A stretch of 64,000 nucleotides of DNA, taken from Dipteris shenzhenensis. Lineage: Eukaryota. Position 1 is the first letter of the stretch; every line of letters begins with the position of its first letter. The notes beneath the pieces were generated by a model. That model was not told where the DNA came from, did not search any database, and saw nothing but the letters and a program-made list of their open reading frames with translations. The translations under genes were made by a program, and so were the position numbers. Positions 62,190-64,000 of the stretch are shown piece by piece. The stretch lies in NCBI GenBank assembly GCA_047967505.1, contig CM106538.1; one strand, 5' to 3'.

Positions 62190-62876
62190 TGTTGGAATAG
62201 TAGGCACCTGTGAGTCCCCATATGAGGAGGACAAAGGGGCTTGATACCTTGCATAGGCATGCTTGTGAATAGGTGTCATGTCGATCCACATGCGATTGGT
62301 TTATGAAGCTGCCACATGGGCAGCAAGATATTATTCTTTGTAGGGGAGCCACATGGGCCACCCAGGCCAGCATATAAGGCTGGCATAGGCCCTGGTTTAG
62401 GGCAGAGATGTGTGTTAGAAAGGTCACTGACCCACCTGTGAGCCCACATATGATGAGAACATATGTTTCAGTGAACCTAGGTAGGTGCAGGACTGCAGAA
62501 TAGGGTGTAGGCTCAGCGTTAGGGCCGTGTATATGCTGCAGACATGTGGCAGTGCTGCAGGACAGCAGCAAGTACAGCAGGGCCTATTTATAGGCAGGTC
62601 GGCCTGTTTCAGTTGGCTTGTCTGTGGGGTTCTTGAAGGGCCTCCACGCCTATGTAAGGCGAGGCTATTGAACCAGCTGCCTAGACCACTGAAGCCCTTC
62701 TACTGAAGGCATGCAGGAATAGAATTATTGGCCATCTTCCATGCCTATACTTCTCAGAGTTTGAGCAGTCGTCTCTTAACTGTTTTGTGTCCAGCAGCTC
62801 ACTGGATGTTTGTGGCTTCTTCTTGGAGCATTTTAACCACTACTATAATCTGAGTATTTTGCTGCTCCACTTTGTT
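62190..62876 (+). mobile_element. LTR-like sequence related to the LTR at 8044-9043
   Basis: Starts TGTTGGAA. 62413 TGTTAGAAAGGTCACTGACCCACCTGTGAGCCCACATATGATGAGA resembles 8044 TGTTGGAAAGGTCACCTCCCCATCTGTAAGCCCCCATATGAGGAGA. No TSD found. Confidence 0.45.
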
Positions 62877-62890
62877 AGCACTGCCTGTAG

Positions 62891-63072
62891 TTAGCACTGC
62901 CCTACAGGCAGTGCTCTCCTTACACTTCTGACAAAAACTGTCCCTCCAGTCATTTTAGGCCACGTTTACTCCTCCTATTCTGAGTGATCTCTCTCTCTCT
63001 CTCTCTCTCTGCCCAAATCAACTCATCCCTCTGAGGGCAGTGCTCACGAGTACTTGTACTACTTGCTTGTTC
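62891..63072 (+). mobile_element. DINE-1/HINE-like (non-autonomous Helentron/HLE2-like) element, copy B, uninterrupted, about 180 bp
   Basis: TT-AGCACTGCCCT (62893-62903) plus partner GGCAGTGCT; core; (CT)n; AGGGCAGTGCT (63034-63044); stem-loop AGTAC-TT-GTACT; terminal GCTTGTTC. Confidence 0.75.
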
Positions 63073-64000
63073 ATTTACAGTTTGTGGGTTCAGAAATCAT
63101 TGTGCATTGTAAAGTGTTTGAAAGAGTTTCCTAGATCTATCTGCTGCGTTAGAGGTTCAAGAATTCACTTTGAAGGAAGAAGTCCCTCCAAGCTCGAAGG
63201 CGAGCCCGGTTCAAGAAAGGTTTATGTTTGTTTAATTGCTACAGCAAAGTCTATCTGTTTTGGTGATTTTGGCCACTCCCATGTCCATTCCAAACTTCGG
63301 AGATGCCTGAAGGCTGGATGCCCATTTGGAAGGTCAAGATGTGGAGCCACCTTGTGTCTAAAAGCTCTATAAGAGGGTGTAGTTAAAAGGTGCGAGGACA
63401 AAGATGTGCAAGCCCTATCAATGATCATAGGGATTCTAGTGGATTTTGTCATTTCATAAATCCATAGTGCGCAGAGCCTATCCCTCCAAAATGAATTGTT
63501 CTCAATGAACTGGATCAAGTACATGACCATCTCACGAATGTGAAGGTGGTGAAGGATGAGCTAGCTAGCAATGCTAGTGCTTCCAAGAAGTTTTAAAGGC
63601 TTGGCTACCAATGTGACAATAGGAGAGACTTACATTTAAGAGTTTGGACAAAGGGCAACTCTAGCAAGGAAAATACAAAGAAGAATCAAAGCCAATTTGT
63701 GGAAGACTAGATTAAAGAAAGTAGAACAGAAGAGAAAGAGGGAAGCTATGCCGAAGGAAGAGACTAAGTCTGAATCAGGTAGTGTAACAATTGGACAGCG
63801 TTGTTTTGCATGTACGTTGACTGAAAACAAATGTTGGAAGCGGGGCATCACGACACATACTAAACAAAAAAGTTGGTTCAAAGCTTGGAACCGGACGATT
63901 TGGACTCAAAGGTGATTGTGGGAGACCACTGGACATGTCTTGTGGAACAGCTTAGGGAGTAGTCGTTTCATTATTGACTCAAGAACGGATAAGGTAATAT

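Noticed and set aside
63075-64000. Minus-strand ORF pieces (63222-63530, 63636-63881)
   Set aside because: No recognisable motif; probably decayed TE coding sequence running off the window.

Overview
Eukaryotic, land-plant nuclear DNA; a large-genome non-seed plant such as a fern is my inference from TE types and CT/GA tracts. The window is dominated by nested transposable elements. (1) An intact, very young Ty1/copia element (1723-7977, minus strand) with identical 205-bp LTRs, a CACCA target duplication and one 1369-aa gag-pol ORF, inserted among older gypsy and copia LTR remains. (2) Several decayed copia and gypsy internal regions (1-500, 9.3k, 20.6-21k, 24-26k, 27.4-31.2k, 32.3-33k, 43k). 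(3) A near full-length RTEX-like LINE (36.3-41.15k) that sits inside a short element with the architecture of DINE-1/HINE (Helentron/HLE2 non-autonomous) rolling-circle elements. A second, uninterrupted ~180-bp copy of that element lies at 62891-63072 and shows compensatory changes in its inverted repeats. (4) A recent non-autonomous LTR element (49624-52813, 349-bp LTRs, CTACT TSD, triplicated PPT). (5) Decayed host-gene fragments: two plastid-type EF-Tu pieces and LRR-receptor pieces. (6) An 833-bp tandem duplication. (7) One apparently intact host gene, a C3HC4 RING E3 ligase of the Topors/At3g05250 type (59679-60443). All coordinates and mismatch counts were read by eye.
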